64,000 bases of DNA from Bythopirellula sp. (GCA_965216565.1 OZ244170.1:2368001-2432000), one strand, 5' to 3'. Positions 41,916-52,433 are shown, numbered from the stretch's first letter. The notes: generated by a model from the sequence alone, not told the origin. Made by a program: numbers and translations.

Positions 41916-43682
41916 TTGCTCGTTGGGCCTGTATTCAGTCGCGAGGTAAATACCTCTCCGCGTAACTGGCGGCACTTTTTCTCGCGCTCGCTCTATGTCG
42001 CTGCGCTGTTTGGCTTGGTGGTAACTGCTTGGTTGATCTTGATGGTCGACGGGCTCGATGATCTGGCTCGATTTGGGGCGGCCGCCTTCTCGCTGCTGGC
42101 ACCACTCCAGATGACCATGGCAATGATGTTCTCCGCATTGCTAACCGCTGCCGCGGTGGCCCAAGAAAAAGATCGCCGGACGCTCGACTTGCTGTTAATG
42201 ACCAATCTCTCAAATTCAGAATTGGTTTTGGGTAAACTACTCGCCAGCATGTTGGGCGTCCTGGTTCTGATTGCTGCCTCGTTACCTCTGTTCATGCTGC
42301 TAACGCTCTTGGGAGGAATATCTTTCGGGCAAATTGCTAGGACAATGGCAGTGACTGTGTCAGTAGCAGCAGTGGCAGGCAGTTTGGGATCCATGATCGG
42401 TCTGTGGCGAGAAAAAACTTTTCAGTCGCTGGCACTCACCGCTTTGATCCTCGTGTTTTGGATCTTGTTGGGGGAAGCGGTCGCTTCTGGCCAAATGGGG
42501 ACAGAATGGGATGGTATTTCAACCGTCCATTGGGCTGCCGCAATCTCCCCGCTGCGGGCTATTTTCGCTGCAATGCACCCCTTCCCTCCGGCCACAGACA
42601 TCATGTTCTGGTGTGGGGGACCTGCGAACCTGTTCTTGATCCTCTCTACCTCCGCCGCGGTATTGATCAACCTCTGGGCAATCGCGCGCGTGCGCATTTG
42701 GAATCCAACCCAGGCGGTTATCTTGCGTCGAGATTCATCGGACAGCAGTGAGGCGGACGGTGCGACAAATGACCTTACCTCTGAAGACCATCAATCGAAG
42801 GTCGTTTGGGATAATCCAATTCTCTGGCGGGAAATTCGCACCTGGGCCTATGGAAAGAAAATCATTGTCGTCCGCTTGGCCTATCTAGTGATATTTGGCA
42901 TTTGTGCGGCAACCATGTTCATGGCCCTGGGCAATAGTGATGCGGGTATCCATTCCACGGAATTGATCCCAGCTGCAGCAAAGCCATTGGTACCGTTAAC
43001 TGTATTGGGTTTAGTGCTAGTTAACGCGTTAGCAGTAACTTCTCTGACGAATGAACGCGATCTTCGCGCCCTAGATCTCTTATTGGTCACTGATTTGACG
43101 CCCAAAGAGATCATCTACGGAAAGCTCGGTGGAATTTTCTACAATTCCAAAGAGATCATAATTCTCCCGATTCTCCTCTGTGGAGTCCTGTGGTTCACCA
43201 ACCATCTTTCGGGCGAGAATTTAGTCTTTGTCATCCTTGCCATGCTAGTGCTCACAAGTTTTGTAGCTGTGCTCGGCGTCCATACGGGCATGACGTATTT
43301 TGAATCGCGAGTGGCAGTAGCGGTCAGCCTTAGCACGGTCTTATTTCTGCTCTTGGGAATTGCGGTCTGTATGCGCATGATGGTTGCATTCCGTGGCTCG
43401 TTCAGTAAACAACTATTCGCATTTTCATCATTCATGGTCGGAGGGGGGGCGGGAATGACGCTGGCTCTGGGTCACAGGAATCCCTCCAATGCAATTTTCA
43501 CCGCGTCCATGATCACACCCTTCGCTACCTTCTATGTCATTACTAGTTTCTTGCAGGGCGATTACACAGCAGCTTTTCTGGCGACCGTGGTAACCTACGG
43601 GTTTGCAACAGCTACCATGCTCGTCCCCGCAGTGGACGAGTTCGATGTTGCAACTGGGCGGACCACATCGCAAGCAGGCTAA
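41916..43682 (+). CDS. ABC-2-type permease with two homologous halves
   Basis: QEKDRRTLDLLLMTNLS...GKL and NERDLRALDLLLVTDLT...GKL. Confidence 0.8.
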   Translation: MLVGPVFSREVNTSPRNWRHFFSRSLYVAALFGLVVTAWLILMVDGLDDLARFGAAAFSLLAPLQMTMAMMFSALLTAAAVAQEKDRRTLDLLLMTNLSNSELVLGKLLASMLGVLVLIAASLPLFMLLTLLGGISFGQIARTMAVTVSVAAVAGSLGSMIGLWREKTFQSLALTALILVFWILLGEAVASGQMGTEWDGISTVHWAAAISPLRAIFAAMHPFPPATDIMFWCGGPANLFLILSTSAAVLINLWAIARVRIWNPTQAVILRRDSSDSSEADGATNDLTSEDHQSKVVWDNPILWREIRTWAYGKKIIVVRLAYLVIFGICAATMFMALGNSDAGIHSTELIPAAAKPLVPLTVLGLVLVNALAVTSLTNERDLRALDLLLVTDLTPKEIIYGKLGGIFYNSKEIIILPILLCGVLWFTNHLSGENLVFVILAMLVLTSFVAVLGVHTGMTYFESRVAVAVSLSTVLFLLLGIAVCMRMMVAFRGSFSKQLFAFSSFMVGGGAGMTLALGHRNPSNAIFTASMITPFATFYVITSFLQGDYTAAFLATVVTYGFATATMLVPAVDEFDVATGRTTSQAG

Positions 43683-43749
43683 ATCGCAAATTGGTAGAAA
43701 AGAAATACTTCGGCTAGAGGACCGACGAACACAAGATTCATAGAAAACG

Positions 43750-45009
43750 ATGATCCTCGAATTTCTTCCCCACTTTATCGCAATGGCGTTCTTGGCAATC
43801 GCGTCGGGGTTTTTCTCTTGTAGCGAAGCGGCACTTTTCTCTCTCAAGCCCGACGATCGGCGAATATTGAAATCTGGCACCGTTGCGCAGCGAATCGCTG
43901 TGGAGTTACTGGAAAATCCTGACAAGCTGCTCACGGCGATTTTATTCTGGAACCTAATCGTCAACATTGTGTTCTTTGCCTTGGCATCAGTGATCGGGAT
44001 CCAACTCGAGCGTGAGGGCCGCACGGCGGAAGCGGGACTCGTAGCGTTGGGGTCTCTCGTGGCAATAATTCTTTGTAGCGAGATGGTCCCTAAGACCATC
44101 GGAGTCATGGTTCCCCAACTGATGTCGAGCCTCATCAGTTTGCCGCTGGCAATTGCAATCCGAGTGTTTGCTCCCATCGCACCTCTGTTTGGCGCGGTGA
44201 ATAGAGGTCTTCGGAGATTGATTTTTCCTAAGTTTCAGATCGAACCGTATCTGGAAATTAGCGATCTAGAACAAGCCATCTCCGTGAGCACCGTCGACAA
44301 AGAACTTGTCTCGCAAGAGCGTCTGGCCCTGCAGAATATTGTTTCCCTGTCTGATCTTCAGGCTGAGGAACTAATGCGTCCCCGTACTCAGTACCAGTCG
44401 TTTCATCCGCCTGTCAGCCTCGAAGACCTAGGCGGGCAACTGACCCGCAGTGGATATTTGTTGGTGACTGAACCAGACTCCGACGAAGTTGCAGGCGCTA
44501 TCGCACTCAAGTATCTCCCGAGCATTCCTCGGCAGCATTTGGAACATTTCGCTCAGCCTGTGGTTTACGTTCCTTGGTGCACAACGGTCGCAGCAGTGTT
44601 CGACGAATTGCAGTCTAGCAATCGCGAAGTGGCTGCCATCATCAACGAGCTCGGCGAGACTATTGGCATCATCACGCTGGAAGATCTGTTGCGGGCTGTA
44701 TTCGAAGAAGAAGCAAGCCGAAGTGCGTTGTTGTTGGCAACTGCTTCACTCGAGCAAATCTCGGAAAGCCGTTGGCGGGCCACTGGCATGACCGGCTTGA
44801 GGCGGTTGCGGCGTGCCTTCGATCTTACCTTGCCTCCTCGCAAAAGCACCACCGTGGGTGGCTTGATCCAGGAGAAACTGCAGCGGATTCCCGAGCCTGG
44901 GGATCGCGTGCGGTGGTTCGTCTTCGACTTCCACGTGATCGACACCAACCAGTTAGGACAGATGACTGTGGAACTGGAAATCCTCGATAGCCCTGTTGAG
45001 GAGTCATGA
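43750..45009 (+). CDS. CNNM/DUF21-CBS-CorC family protein
   Basis: SGFFSCSEAALFSL, EMVPK, GIITLEDLL, TVGGLI. Confidence 0.9.
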   Translation: MILEFLPHFIAMAFLAIASGFFSCSEAALFSLKPDDRRILKSGTVAQRIAVELLENPDKLLTAILFWNLIVNIVFFALASVIGIQLEREGRTAEAGLVALGSLVAIILCSEMVPKTIGVMVPQLMSSLISLPLAIAIRVFAPIAPLFGAVNRGLRRLIFPKFQIEPYLEISDLEQAISVSTVDKELVSQERLALQNIVSLSDLQAEELMRPRTQYQSFHPPVSLEDLGGQLTRSGYLLVTEPDSDEVAGAIALKYLPSIPRQHLEHFAQPVVYVPWCTTVAAVFDELQSSNREVAAIINELGETIGIITLEDLLRAVFEEEASRSALLLATASLEQISESRWRATGMTGLRRLRRAFDLTLPPRKSTTVGGLIQEKLQRIPEPGDRVRWFVFDFHVIDTNQLGQMTVELEILDSPVEES

Positions 45010-45971
45010 CACAAATTCTATTAATATTCCTGGTGGGGTTATTGCTGAGCGCGTTTTTTAGCGGCTCAGAGACGGGATTCTATCGCGTCACAAGGGTGCG
45101 TCTCGCCATCGAGGCGCTTGCGGGAAGTAAAATTTCACAGGCGCTGATGTGGCTCACGGGACAACCGACCTTATTCGTGGCGACTGCCTTGGTGGGAAAC
45201 AATTTGGCCAATTACCTTGTCTCGTTGTCGGTCGTGATGGCATCGCAACGGCTTTATCCGACGGGCGGAGCATTGGTCGATGTGCTCGGGCCAATTGTCG
45301 TCGCCCCGATTGTATTTGTTTGCGGTGAATTGCTGCCGAAGAACCTGTTCTACGAAGCTCCCAATCGGCTCTTAAAAAGATGCGCTCTGCCACTGTTTCT
45401 CTGCACAATTCTCTTCGCACCCATAACGATCCTGCTGTGGTTGTTCGGTCGAGTCTTGCAGGTCTTGACCAAGTCGTCTCCCCAACAACTTCGTTTACGG
45501 TTGGCTCGTCGGGAATTGGCGGAGCTGATTGCCGAAGGGCACGAAGTAGGAATCCTTCGTCCCGCCCAGCAATCGTTGGCCCAGGCGATGATGGCGGTGG
45601 CGGCGTTCCCGGTGAAGCAGTATATGGCCCCCTCGGGCCGTGTCGTTCGGGTGACCACCACCATGAAAAAAAGCGACGTACTCCGCCTGGCCCAACGTCA
45701 CACGCGAACGCTTCTGCCAGTGGAGGACGCGCGCGACAATAGAAAACTGGTTGGCTATTGGCGTGTTGTTGATCTCTATGTCGACGATTCAGCCGAGCTA
45801 CCCGAACCGCTGCCGATGGTGGAACTTCGCGACAATCTATCGTGCCTGTCTGCCCTGAGACATCTGAGTCATGCCGAGGACCCACTCGGCCACGTGGTCG
45901 ATCACGCCGGCAATACCGTCGGATTTCTTACCGGGCGCGAACTACGCATGGCACTGTTACGGGCACAATAA
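45006..45971 (+). CDS. CNNM/DUF21-CBS family protein
   Basis: SAFFSGSETGFY, LVGNN, GELLPK; ATGA overlap with the upstream gene. Confidence 0.9.
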   Translation: MTQILLIFLVGLLLSAFFSGSETGFYRVTRVRLAIEALAGSKISQALMWLTGQPTLFVATALVGNNLANYLVSLSVVMASQRLYPTGGALVDVLGPIVVAPIVFVCGELLPKNLFYEAPNRLLKRCALPLFLCTILFAPITILLWLFGRVLQVLTKSSPQQLRLRLARRELAELIAEGHEVGILRPAQQSLAQAMMAVAAFPVKQYMAPSGRVVRVTTTMKKSDVLRLAQRHTRTLLPVEDARDNRKLVGYWRVVDLYVDDSAELPEPLPMVELRDNLSCLSALRHLSHAEDPLGHVVDHAGNTVGFLTGRELRMALLRAQ

Positions 45972-45973
45972 GT

Positions 45974-46960
45974 ATGGTCGAACATCTCAAGCGTCGCTGG
46001 TTTCTGCTGCTGCTCTGCTTCGTGCTCGTTGTTGGAATGTCTGCTGCCGAACAACTTGAAGGCTTCGCCAAAGCCATTCCCAAGGATTGGGTGATCGCGG
46101 CGGTGTTGTTTGCCATGTCGTTGTCTCTACGAACGGATGCCATCGTGCTGGTGCTCCGCCGCCCTGGTCCGGCGGTACTTGCGGTCGTCGTCAATATGCT
46201 GGTGCTCCCATTGATTGCTCTCCCGGCAAGTCAACTACTGAACGACGACCTGGCGATCGGGCTGATCATTGCCTCTGCCGTGCCCTGCACGCTAGCCTCG
46301 GCATCTGTTTGGACGCGGCTTGCCGGCGGCAACGATGCGGTCAGCATGCTGGTCACGGTGATCACCAACCTCACCTGCTTTGTCGTGACGCCCGCTTGGT
46401 TGCTTCTATTGGAAGATCAGCGCGGCGAATCGATCGATCTCAAAGCCATGGCGGCCAGACTGTTTGCCATTGTCATTCTCCCCATGTGCCTGGCCCAACT
46501 CATGAGAGTACTCCCCGCCGTCCGGAGATCAGTCGACAGCGTCAAATTGGAATTGAGCACGCTTGCACAAATAGGTGTACTTGTCATGGTATTCATCGGA
46601 GCGGTGTTCAGCGGTTTGCAAATTGCTGCACTCGATGAGGAGCTTTCCGCCCTGACATTTCAACTTTGCCTGATGATCTTCTTGGCAGCAGCCATTCACC
46701 TAATCGCCTGGCGAATCGGATACTCGACGGCAGGAGCAATCGGATTCGCCCGAGCCGACCAATTGGCGGTGGCGTTCGCAGGAAGCCAGAAAACGCTGAT
46801 GGTCGGGCTCGCCATTGCGATCGAATACAGCGGACTCGCGATCCTCCCCATGCTGGCGTACCACGTCCTGCAGCTACTCATCGACACGCTACTCGCCGAC
46901 CGCTGCCGAGCTGGGACCGAGCCAGCGAGCAAGATAGGTGCCACACCTACCGACTCTTGA
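45974..46960 (+). CDS. Bile acid:sodium symporter (SBF-like) family protein
   Basis: PCTLASASVWTRLAGGN, SQKTL, YHVLQL. Confidence 0.9.
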   Translation: MVEHLKRRWFLLLLCFVLVVGMSAAEQLEGFAKAIPKDWVIAAVLFAMSLSLRTDAIVLVLRRPGPAVLAVVVNMLVLPLIALPASQLLNDDLAIGLIIASAVPCTLASASVWTRLAGGNDAVSMLVTVITNLTCFVVTPAWLLLLEDQRGESIDLKAMAARLFAIVILPMCLAQLMRVLPAVRRSVDSVKLELSTLAQIGVLVMVFIGAVFSGLQIAALDEELSALTFQLCLMIFLAAAIHLIAWRIGYSTAGAIGFARADQLAVAFAGSQKTLMVGLAIAIEYSGLAILPMLAYHVLQLLIDTLLADRCRAGTEPASKIGATPTDS

Positions 46961-47173
46961 GGTGACACGAAGCACGTGCCACACCGTACAATTCTCTCTC
47001 CAGGTGCAGAGTGTGTTGGTGTGGGTGGCAGTTGATCGTGGGTGTTTGGTGTTTACGGCCGAGGCAGTTTGGCGATTGAGCGAAATGTGCTCGGGTATTG
47101 GCCACCCAAGCTAAATTATGAATCTCGCATTACCGCGATGTGCACGAGTGGCTTCACATATAACGGTTTGTTG

Positions 47174-48016
47174 TCAGGTTTCCGTCCAGCGCCCTAGATG
47201 CGGCGGTGGATCATCAACGCAGGAGCCGTGCACCATTGCCTCGATGTCCCGGTACTTTGAGAGGTATTCCCAATATGAAAGAGATGCCGTGCGAGTTGCT
47301 TCGATCGCTTGTCCCAGAAGAAGATAAAAATGCAGTAACACGTCCGAAGGATTACTCGATGTATGCACGGCGACGCCACGGGCATCCATTGGATTGGGGC
47401 AAACGCCACCGTCATCGCAATATGTCACGAGGTAACGATCGAGAGCAATAATTGCATTCGGCAAGCAGCTAACAGTAGTGCTGAACGCTTCTTCAAGCAA
47501 TACGTCCGCCATAGTTTCAGGGGCCATTGCATCACCGATCACAAGTAGAAATCCAAATATCTGATGCAGGTGATTCGCGGATGGTGACAATTTTTCCCCG
47601 TAACGAGTGTCATACGCAGTGCCGTTTGCTGAGCGATCTAATGCCTTTACTGATGCTAAATTCTCGATTGCATGTTTGAGTTTATCCTTTCCGGTTACGG
47701 CGGATTTGACTTGCCCGACAGCAACGATAGCCTCACAAGGGAACAGAGACTTTCCACCCGGGATATTAAACCGAGGGCAAACGTTGGCGTCAAAGATCAC
47801 AATGTCCAACTGGCGGCTGAGACGTCCTGTGCAATCAAAGGCGAACCCCGTAGAAACATCAAATCGTCGTGGAAGATGTGCGCTGAGAAACTCACGCACG
47901 ATCTGTTCACGGGCGGTTCCCAATTCGCCAGGGTGTGGGAGTAATCGCAATTGCAATTCGGCACGCATATTGTCGGCAGCTGCTACGAGCAAATCTGAAA
48001 GTGGAAGTTCACTCAT
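47174..48016 (-). CDS. DUF6602-like predicted PD-(D/E)xK nuclease-fold protein
   Basis: GTAREQIVREFL..HLP, SRQLDIVIFD, FPCEAIVAVGQVKS. Confidence 0.7.
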   Translation of the reverse strand: MSELPLSDLLVAAADNMRAELQLRLLPHPGELGTAREQIVREFLSAHLPRRFDVSTGFAFDCTGRLSRQLDIVIFDANVCPRFNIPGGKSLFPCEAIVAVGQVKSAVTGKDKLKHAIENLASVKALDRSANGTAYDTRYGEKLSPSANHLHQIFGFLLVIGDAMAPETMADVLLEEAFSTTVSCLPNAIIALDRYLVTYCDDGGVCPNPMDARGVAVHTSSNPSDVLLHFYLLLGQAIEATRTASLSYWEYLSKYRDIEAMVHGSCVDDPPPHLGRWTET

Positions 48017-48052
48017 TTTGCTGAATTACCATTATTAATTTCCAGTCTAGAG

Positions 48053-48844
48053 CTAAATCAATTTCGTAAAACTTCGAATCATTTCACTTCGAGATGCAGC
48101 ATTTGCTGGTGCGACACGGACACGTTTTGGCATATCATCGAAAGTTCGTCCCTCTAAAAGTCTACCCGCTTCACGCTTACGTACGCCTCCCCACTGCTTG
48201 AAGAAGAATGGGACATCAGCTTCTAAGCACTGACGTTTGATGCCAAGAACCCAATTTGGATCTAATGGTCGTGCACCAGGTCCACTTTCCCCGCCGACGA
48301 TAACCCAATCGATCCCCGTGAGATCAATATCACCTAAATCTTCCAGCAGCGGCTCGATCGAGAGGAAACGCACAGCAGCGGGTGCCCGGCGGAGTAGGTC
48401 AATTCGTGGTACCCCATACTTTCTGTCCTCGACACTGACGCCCCACCAAATGTGCTCTAACTCGGAGGCGAATCGAATCCTGCCAGACAACATTTCTTTA
48501 AGTCGTTCACCTCGCTTTGTAAGCACCTGATAAGTATGCCAGTTAGCCATCTCCATCACACGCGTAACCTGCTCTACGTATTCGTCTGGCACACCATCTT
48601 GAAACAAGTCGCTCATAGAGTTTACAAAAACGACTCTTGGAGTGCTCCAACGTAGAGGATCTACGAGCTTGTGGGGGACAATGCGGAGATCAAATCCCTG
48701 TTCGTATGGGTGGCCTGGCACGCCCCTAAATCGCTCGGCAAATGTTTCTGCGTAGCAGTGTTTGCAGCCTGGGCTCACCTTCGTACAGCCCCTAACAGGA
48801 TTCCATGTTGCGTCGGTCCATTCGATGGATGATTTAGCACTCAT
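48053..48844 (-). CDS. DUF5131 / phage Gp37-Gp68 family protein (three-Cys motif)
   Basis: IEWTDATWNP, GCTKVSPGCKHCYA, NSMSDLF, LTKR, SIEPLL, GGESG, FFFKQWGG. Confidence 0.92.
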   Translation of the reverse strand: MSAKSSIEWTDATWNPVRGCTKVSPGCKHCYAETFAERFRGVPGHPYEQGFDLRIVPHKLVDPLRWSTPRVVFVNSMSDLFQDGVPDEYVEQVTRVMEMANWHTYQVLTKRGERLKEMLSGRIRFASELEHIWWGVSVEDRKYGVPRIDLLRRAPAAVRFLSIEPLLEDLGDIDLTGIDWVIVGGESGPGARPLDPNWVLGIKRQCLEADVPFFFKQWGGVRKREAGRLLEGRTFDDMPKRVRVAPANAASRSEMIRSFTKLI

Positions 48845-50001
48845 GTCTTTTTCCTCTTCTTACGCTTCTGCTTGAGCTTGGGGAAGGTGAAGGTGGTTCT
48901 GTCGGCACATGTGATCTTTCCTAGTCGCTTGGGACGTTTGTCGTACGATGGATTCCCCACGATCTTGCCTTCTTGTTCAAGGCATGTCAAAACTTCTTTG
49001 TAGTTGGATTCTATGTAGGGAAGTCCTACATTGTGCTGTTCGTATATTTTGCTCATAGTCACTGTTTTGCCCGCAAAGTCTTTCATTAGAAGAGATGCCA
49101 AGTCTTCCAAAGGACGTGCGAGATCAAACAATAGCGGCTGCCGTTTCGTGGCAGGGCTGTATTCGAACGATGGCACACCCTGGGCTCTCGACGAGCTTTC
49201 TTTGGCCATCACTTCCTTCATGATTTTGTAACCCAATGGGTGCTTACTTACAAAGATCAAATGGTGGCTAGTCCGTGTACCTTCAGCGTTTCTGAAGCGA
49301 AAAGGAAGTGTGAACTTCCCGCCCATATCCACCAACGCCGCAGACAATTCTTCGATAATAGTTAGCTCGCGTTCTGCTGGATCAAGATCTTGAAGTTTAT
49401 CGCGCATTGCATCACCTCGATCTTCACCGAACAACGCATCCATATGCTCTTTAACAAGATTGTTGCTTAGGCCCATATTGATTCGATTGTAGTTGAAGAA
49501 GAAAATGCATTCGCACGCCCAATCTTTGAGCACTGAATTGATAAGCCTCAAGGAGAGTCCTTTGTATCCCCATGGGTCAACAAACATCAGCGTCGGAATG
49601 ATATTCATCTCTTCAAACTCTTTGACGATGCTTGTCCCAACTTCTTGAGTGCTCAAACCTGGAGCGTGTTTCAACGTTTCGACACCTTGCAGTTTCTTTA
49701 TCTCTTTCAACAGAGAGCTGGCGTTTTCACTGTCTTTATCATTAAACATCGTTACCAAACTGTTTCGCAGGCTTTCATCAGCGATTGCTTGTTCCAATAT
49801 GTACAGGGGCGTCGACTTTGATCCGTTCTTGTATCGTCCTGGCCCTGCGAAGAGGTCTACGTAGCCTATCCGCTGCTCCTGGCCCACTCGCTTTTGGTAT
49901 CCAAGTATCACCTTTGACCATGCTCCAAAGTACTTGGCTACAATCGTAGTCTTGACCTCAGATTGCTCGGCTTGCTCGTCAAAAAAAGGATGCTTAGCCA
50001 T
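48841..50001 (-). CDS. tcmP: Three-Cys-motif partner protein (SAM-methyltransferase-like fold, probable C-terminal wHTH)
   Basis: KTTIVAKYF..W, YVDLFAGPG, GSKSTP, FVDPWGY, HLIFVSKH..G...MKEVM; ATGA-coupled to DUF5131. Confidence 0.85.
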   Translation of the reverse strand: MAKHPFFDEQAEQSEVKTTIVAKYFGAWSKVILGYQKRVGQEQRIGYVDLFAGPGRYKNGSKSTPLYILEQAIADESLRNSLVTMFNDKDSENASSLLKEIKKLQGVETLKHAPGLSTQEVGTSIVKEFEEMNIIPTLMFVDPWGYKGLSLRLINSVLKDWACECIFFFNYNRINMGLSNNLVKEHMDALFGEDRGDAMRDKLQDLDPAERELTIIEELSAALVDMGGKFTLPFRFRNAEGTRTSHHLIFVSKHPLGYKIMKEVMAKESSSRAQGVPSFEYSPATKRQPLLFDLARPLEDLASLLMKDFAGKTVTMSKIYEQHNVGLPYIESNYKEVLTCLEQEGKIVGNPSYDKRPKRLGKITCADRTTFTFPKLKQKRKKRKKT

Positions 50002-50441
50002 TGCAGGCCCTTCATGAAAGGCATTCTGTAGGAATCTAGTCGCGTCAGCGGGGCTTATGAACCCACTACAATAAGTGTACTGATGACCACTAATCTGGGC
50101 AACCTGAATGTATCAACCCGCGCGATTTTCGCAGAATCCCAAGCTGCACAGGTCCGACACGCTGAGGCACCAAAGAATCAGGCTATACCCTGCAAGAAAT
50201 GGCGGTCCTTCGCCTAGCTTTGGGCTCTTCAACTAACTAGGCCCGCGGCAGATTCAGCGGCTGATACAATGACTTCTCACCCCACCAGCAAACACTAATG
50301 CAATCCCTGCAATGCCTATGAAACCTATTTGACTGGGTTTTGTCACTCTCGTGTTGCTAACTGGATTTTTGAATGGCAAGGCGGCGGCGGCTCAAGAAGA
50401 TTCGGCTGTAGTGCCGCAGTGGGAGGAGATAGTCGGCGGGC

Positions 50442-51227
50442 TCACTCCAGACGCCCCCGCGCTCGGTTCACCAGTTCTTGCACCTGGTCGTGGGCTTGGT
50501 CTTTGACTTGCATACTGGAGTGTTCGCTTTGTGAGATGGGGGCACCTGCTTCCACGGCCACATGTAGTCTTTTCAGCGAAGCTACTTCCTTGATATGGAC
50601 CATGAACTTTTCTTTGCCGTAGTAAGCAGCGTCGTCGCCGTAGGCGATTCCTAGGGGGACGATCTCTGCCTTGGCGCGACGCGCGGCGTTGAAGGCACCA
50701 TTGCGGAATCTTTGCACTTCGTCGCCGGGGCTCACCGTTCCTTCGGGGAACATGGCAACCGCTTCGCCGTCGGCGAGAACTTTTTCGACCTTCTTAAGAA
50801 CCGATGCCCCGCTCTTGCGGTTGCGGCGATCGACGAACAGGGTGCCCACTCGCTTGGCACCTGCACCGATCAACGGCCAATCGGCCACGTCGTGTCGGCT
50901 AATGCAATGGGCCTCGGCCACCACAAACATAATGGGAATGTCTAAGCCCGAGCTATGATTCGCCACAAAGATACGGCCCACACCATTTTCTGCGCAACGC
51001 GGATAGAGCTGGCCCTCCTCGAGATGGGGCCCGTTTCGCTGGACGACAACACCAAAAATCCAGAGGTTGATTTTCGCCCAACGCGGGACCCAGGTATTGA
51101 TACGATCGATCCGCGGACTATTCCGCCAGACGAGCCCGGAGAGTTCAAAACAAGTCCAACAGCAGACGGTATTGATCACAAACGCTACGAGGCGCGTAGC
51201 AAATCGCAGCGTTCGGAGAATCTTCAT
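50442..51227 (-). CDS. 1-acyl-sn-glycerol-3-phosphate acyltransferase (PlsC-like)
   Basis: NHSSGLD (HxxxxD), FVDR, FPEGT. Confidence 0.9.
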   Translation of the reverse strand: MKILRTLRFATRLVAFVINTVCCWTCFELSGLVWRNSPRIDRINTWVPRWAKINLWIFGVVVQRNGPHLEEGQLYPRCAENGVGRIFVANHSSGLDIPIMFVVAEAHCISRHDVADWPLIGAGAKRVGTLFVDRRNRKSGASVLKKVEKVLADGEAVAMFPEGTVSPGDEVQRFRNGAFNAARRAKAEIVPLGIAYGDDAAYYGKEKFMVHIKEVASLKRLHVAVEAGAPISQSEHSSMQVKDQAHDQVQELVNRARGRLE

Positions 51228-51271
51228 AGACGATTGATCGAGTGACCCCGAAAGCGGGCGCTTTCAAAATC

Positions 51272-51658
51272 TCAGTTGGAAATCTTTAGTTGGACTGTCG
51301 GCTCTGATTGGCCCACAGGCTGCAGCCGAACCACAGCTTCTGTGTTTGCAGGAATGACGGCGGTGAGCGTTTCGCCCTCGGTGCTGGCGACGCCTGCGTA
51401 GGTATTTCGCGGTTCTTTCTCGAACGAAATGTCGTAGTCGACGTGTTCTGTTTTGTCCTGAGGATGAACATAAACAGAAATCGGTGCCCCTGGCGAACTG
51501 ACGATCACCTTGACGGTTTTCTCTTGGCTGAACGGACCGAAGACGATCGGTACGATTTCGCCCGCCTTCATCGTGACTTCGCGATTGTCTATCAGGCTGG
51601 GCGAGCAACCGCAACAGATTGATAACAGACAACAAAGCAGGATTTGTCGGATTCGCAT
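51272..51658 (-). CDS. Hypothetical lipoprotein
   Basis: MRIRQILLCCLLSICCG-C lipobox-like signal; GAGG upstream. Confidence 0.65.
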   Translation of the reverse strand: MRIRQILLCCLLSICCGCSPSLIDNREVTMKAGEIVPIVFGPFSQEKTVKVIVSSPGAPISVYVHPQDKTEHVDYDISFEKEPRNTYAGVASTEGETLTAVIPANTEAVVRLQPVGQSEPTVQLKISN

Positions 51659-51768
51659 GGCAACCTCACCACTGTTAGCAAAGGCAACTTCCTCATCGAC
51701 GTTAAGATCGACGTCAAGCAAGAGTATCCCGCAAGTGAGACTGCGAGTAAAGCAAGAAATCTGGGGAG

Positions 51769-52176
51769 TTAATCCGAATCTCTGGATAGGGCTGGCGTAG
51801 ATTTCAAGAACCGCACGACATCCGTCGCATCGATGAGCAGGGAGCCCATCGTCATGGCAATAGAAAAGGTTAACCAGATCTTGTAGCTATCGAACTCTGC
51901 TTCCCATGGAAATAGGTAGATCGAGACGGCCAGCATGGGGATCCAGGGAGCATGAATGATGCCGAGTAGTTTGGTGTAGCGTCCCTGTACTCGAATCAGT
52001 ACCAAGGCCAAAATCACAGCTGTGAAAGTCGCTACCAGCGTTACCACAGCCGTAAGCTGGGGGAGAAAGAACGCGGGAGCCACACCATTGGCCACCATCA
52101 ACAACATCATCCAACCCCGCCAAAAAGCACCTAGAGCCCAGGCACCTCGGACGAATTCGCGACATTCCTGGTACAT
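51769..52176 (-). CDS. Hypothetical membrane protein
   Basis: Four TM segments; GGAGG before ATG at 52176. Confidence 0.7.
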   Translation of the reverse strand: MYQECREFVRGAWALGAFWRGWMMLLMVANGVAPAFFLPQLTAVVTLVATFTAVILALVLIRVQGRYTKLLGIIHAPWIPMLAVSIYLFPWEAEFDSYKIWLTFSIAMTMGSLLIDATDVVRFLKSTPALSRDSD

Positions 52177-52433
52177 CGTAAAACAACCTCCCAATTGCGG
52201 CTCGGGGCCCTTGGTCATTGCAGCAAAGAACCCAGTTTCAAGTGGTCGGGAACTCCTAGTTCTGGCACTTGTGAACAAGCTGCGAGACTGGTATTCTAGT
52301 GGATTCGATCAATAGCCCTATCGGCATTATGCTGGCAGCAACCAGCTGATGCACTTGAAAATTGACTTTCGAGCAGACGGGCCGAAAACTTACTCGGCTA
52401 GAAGACTCGGACGCTCAAACAGGAATCGTTGTT

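Noticed and set aside
46961..47173. Possible attC/att site flanking the tcmP island
   Set aside because: No convincing paired inverted core sites, no direct repeat found at the other end (50002-50440), and no integrase
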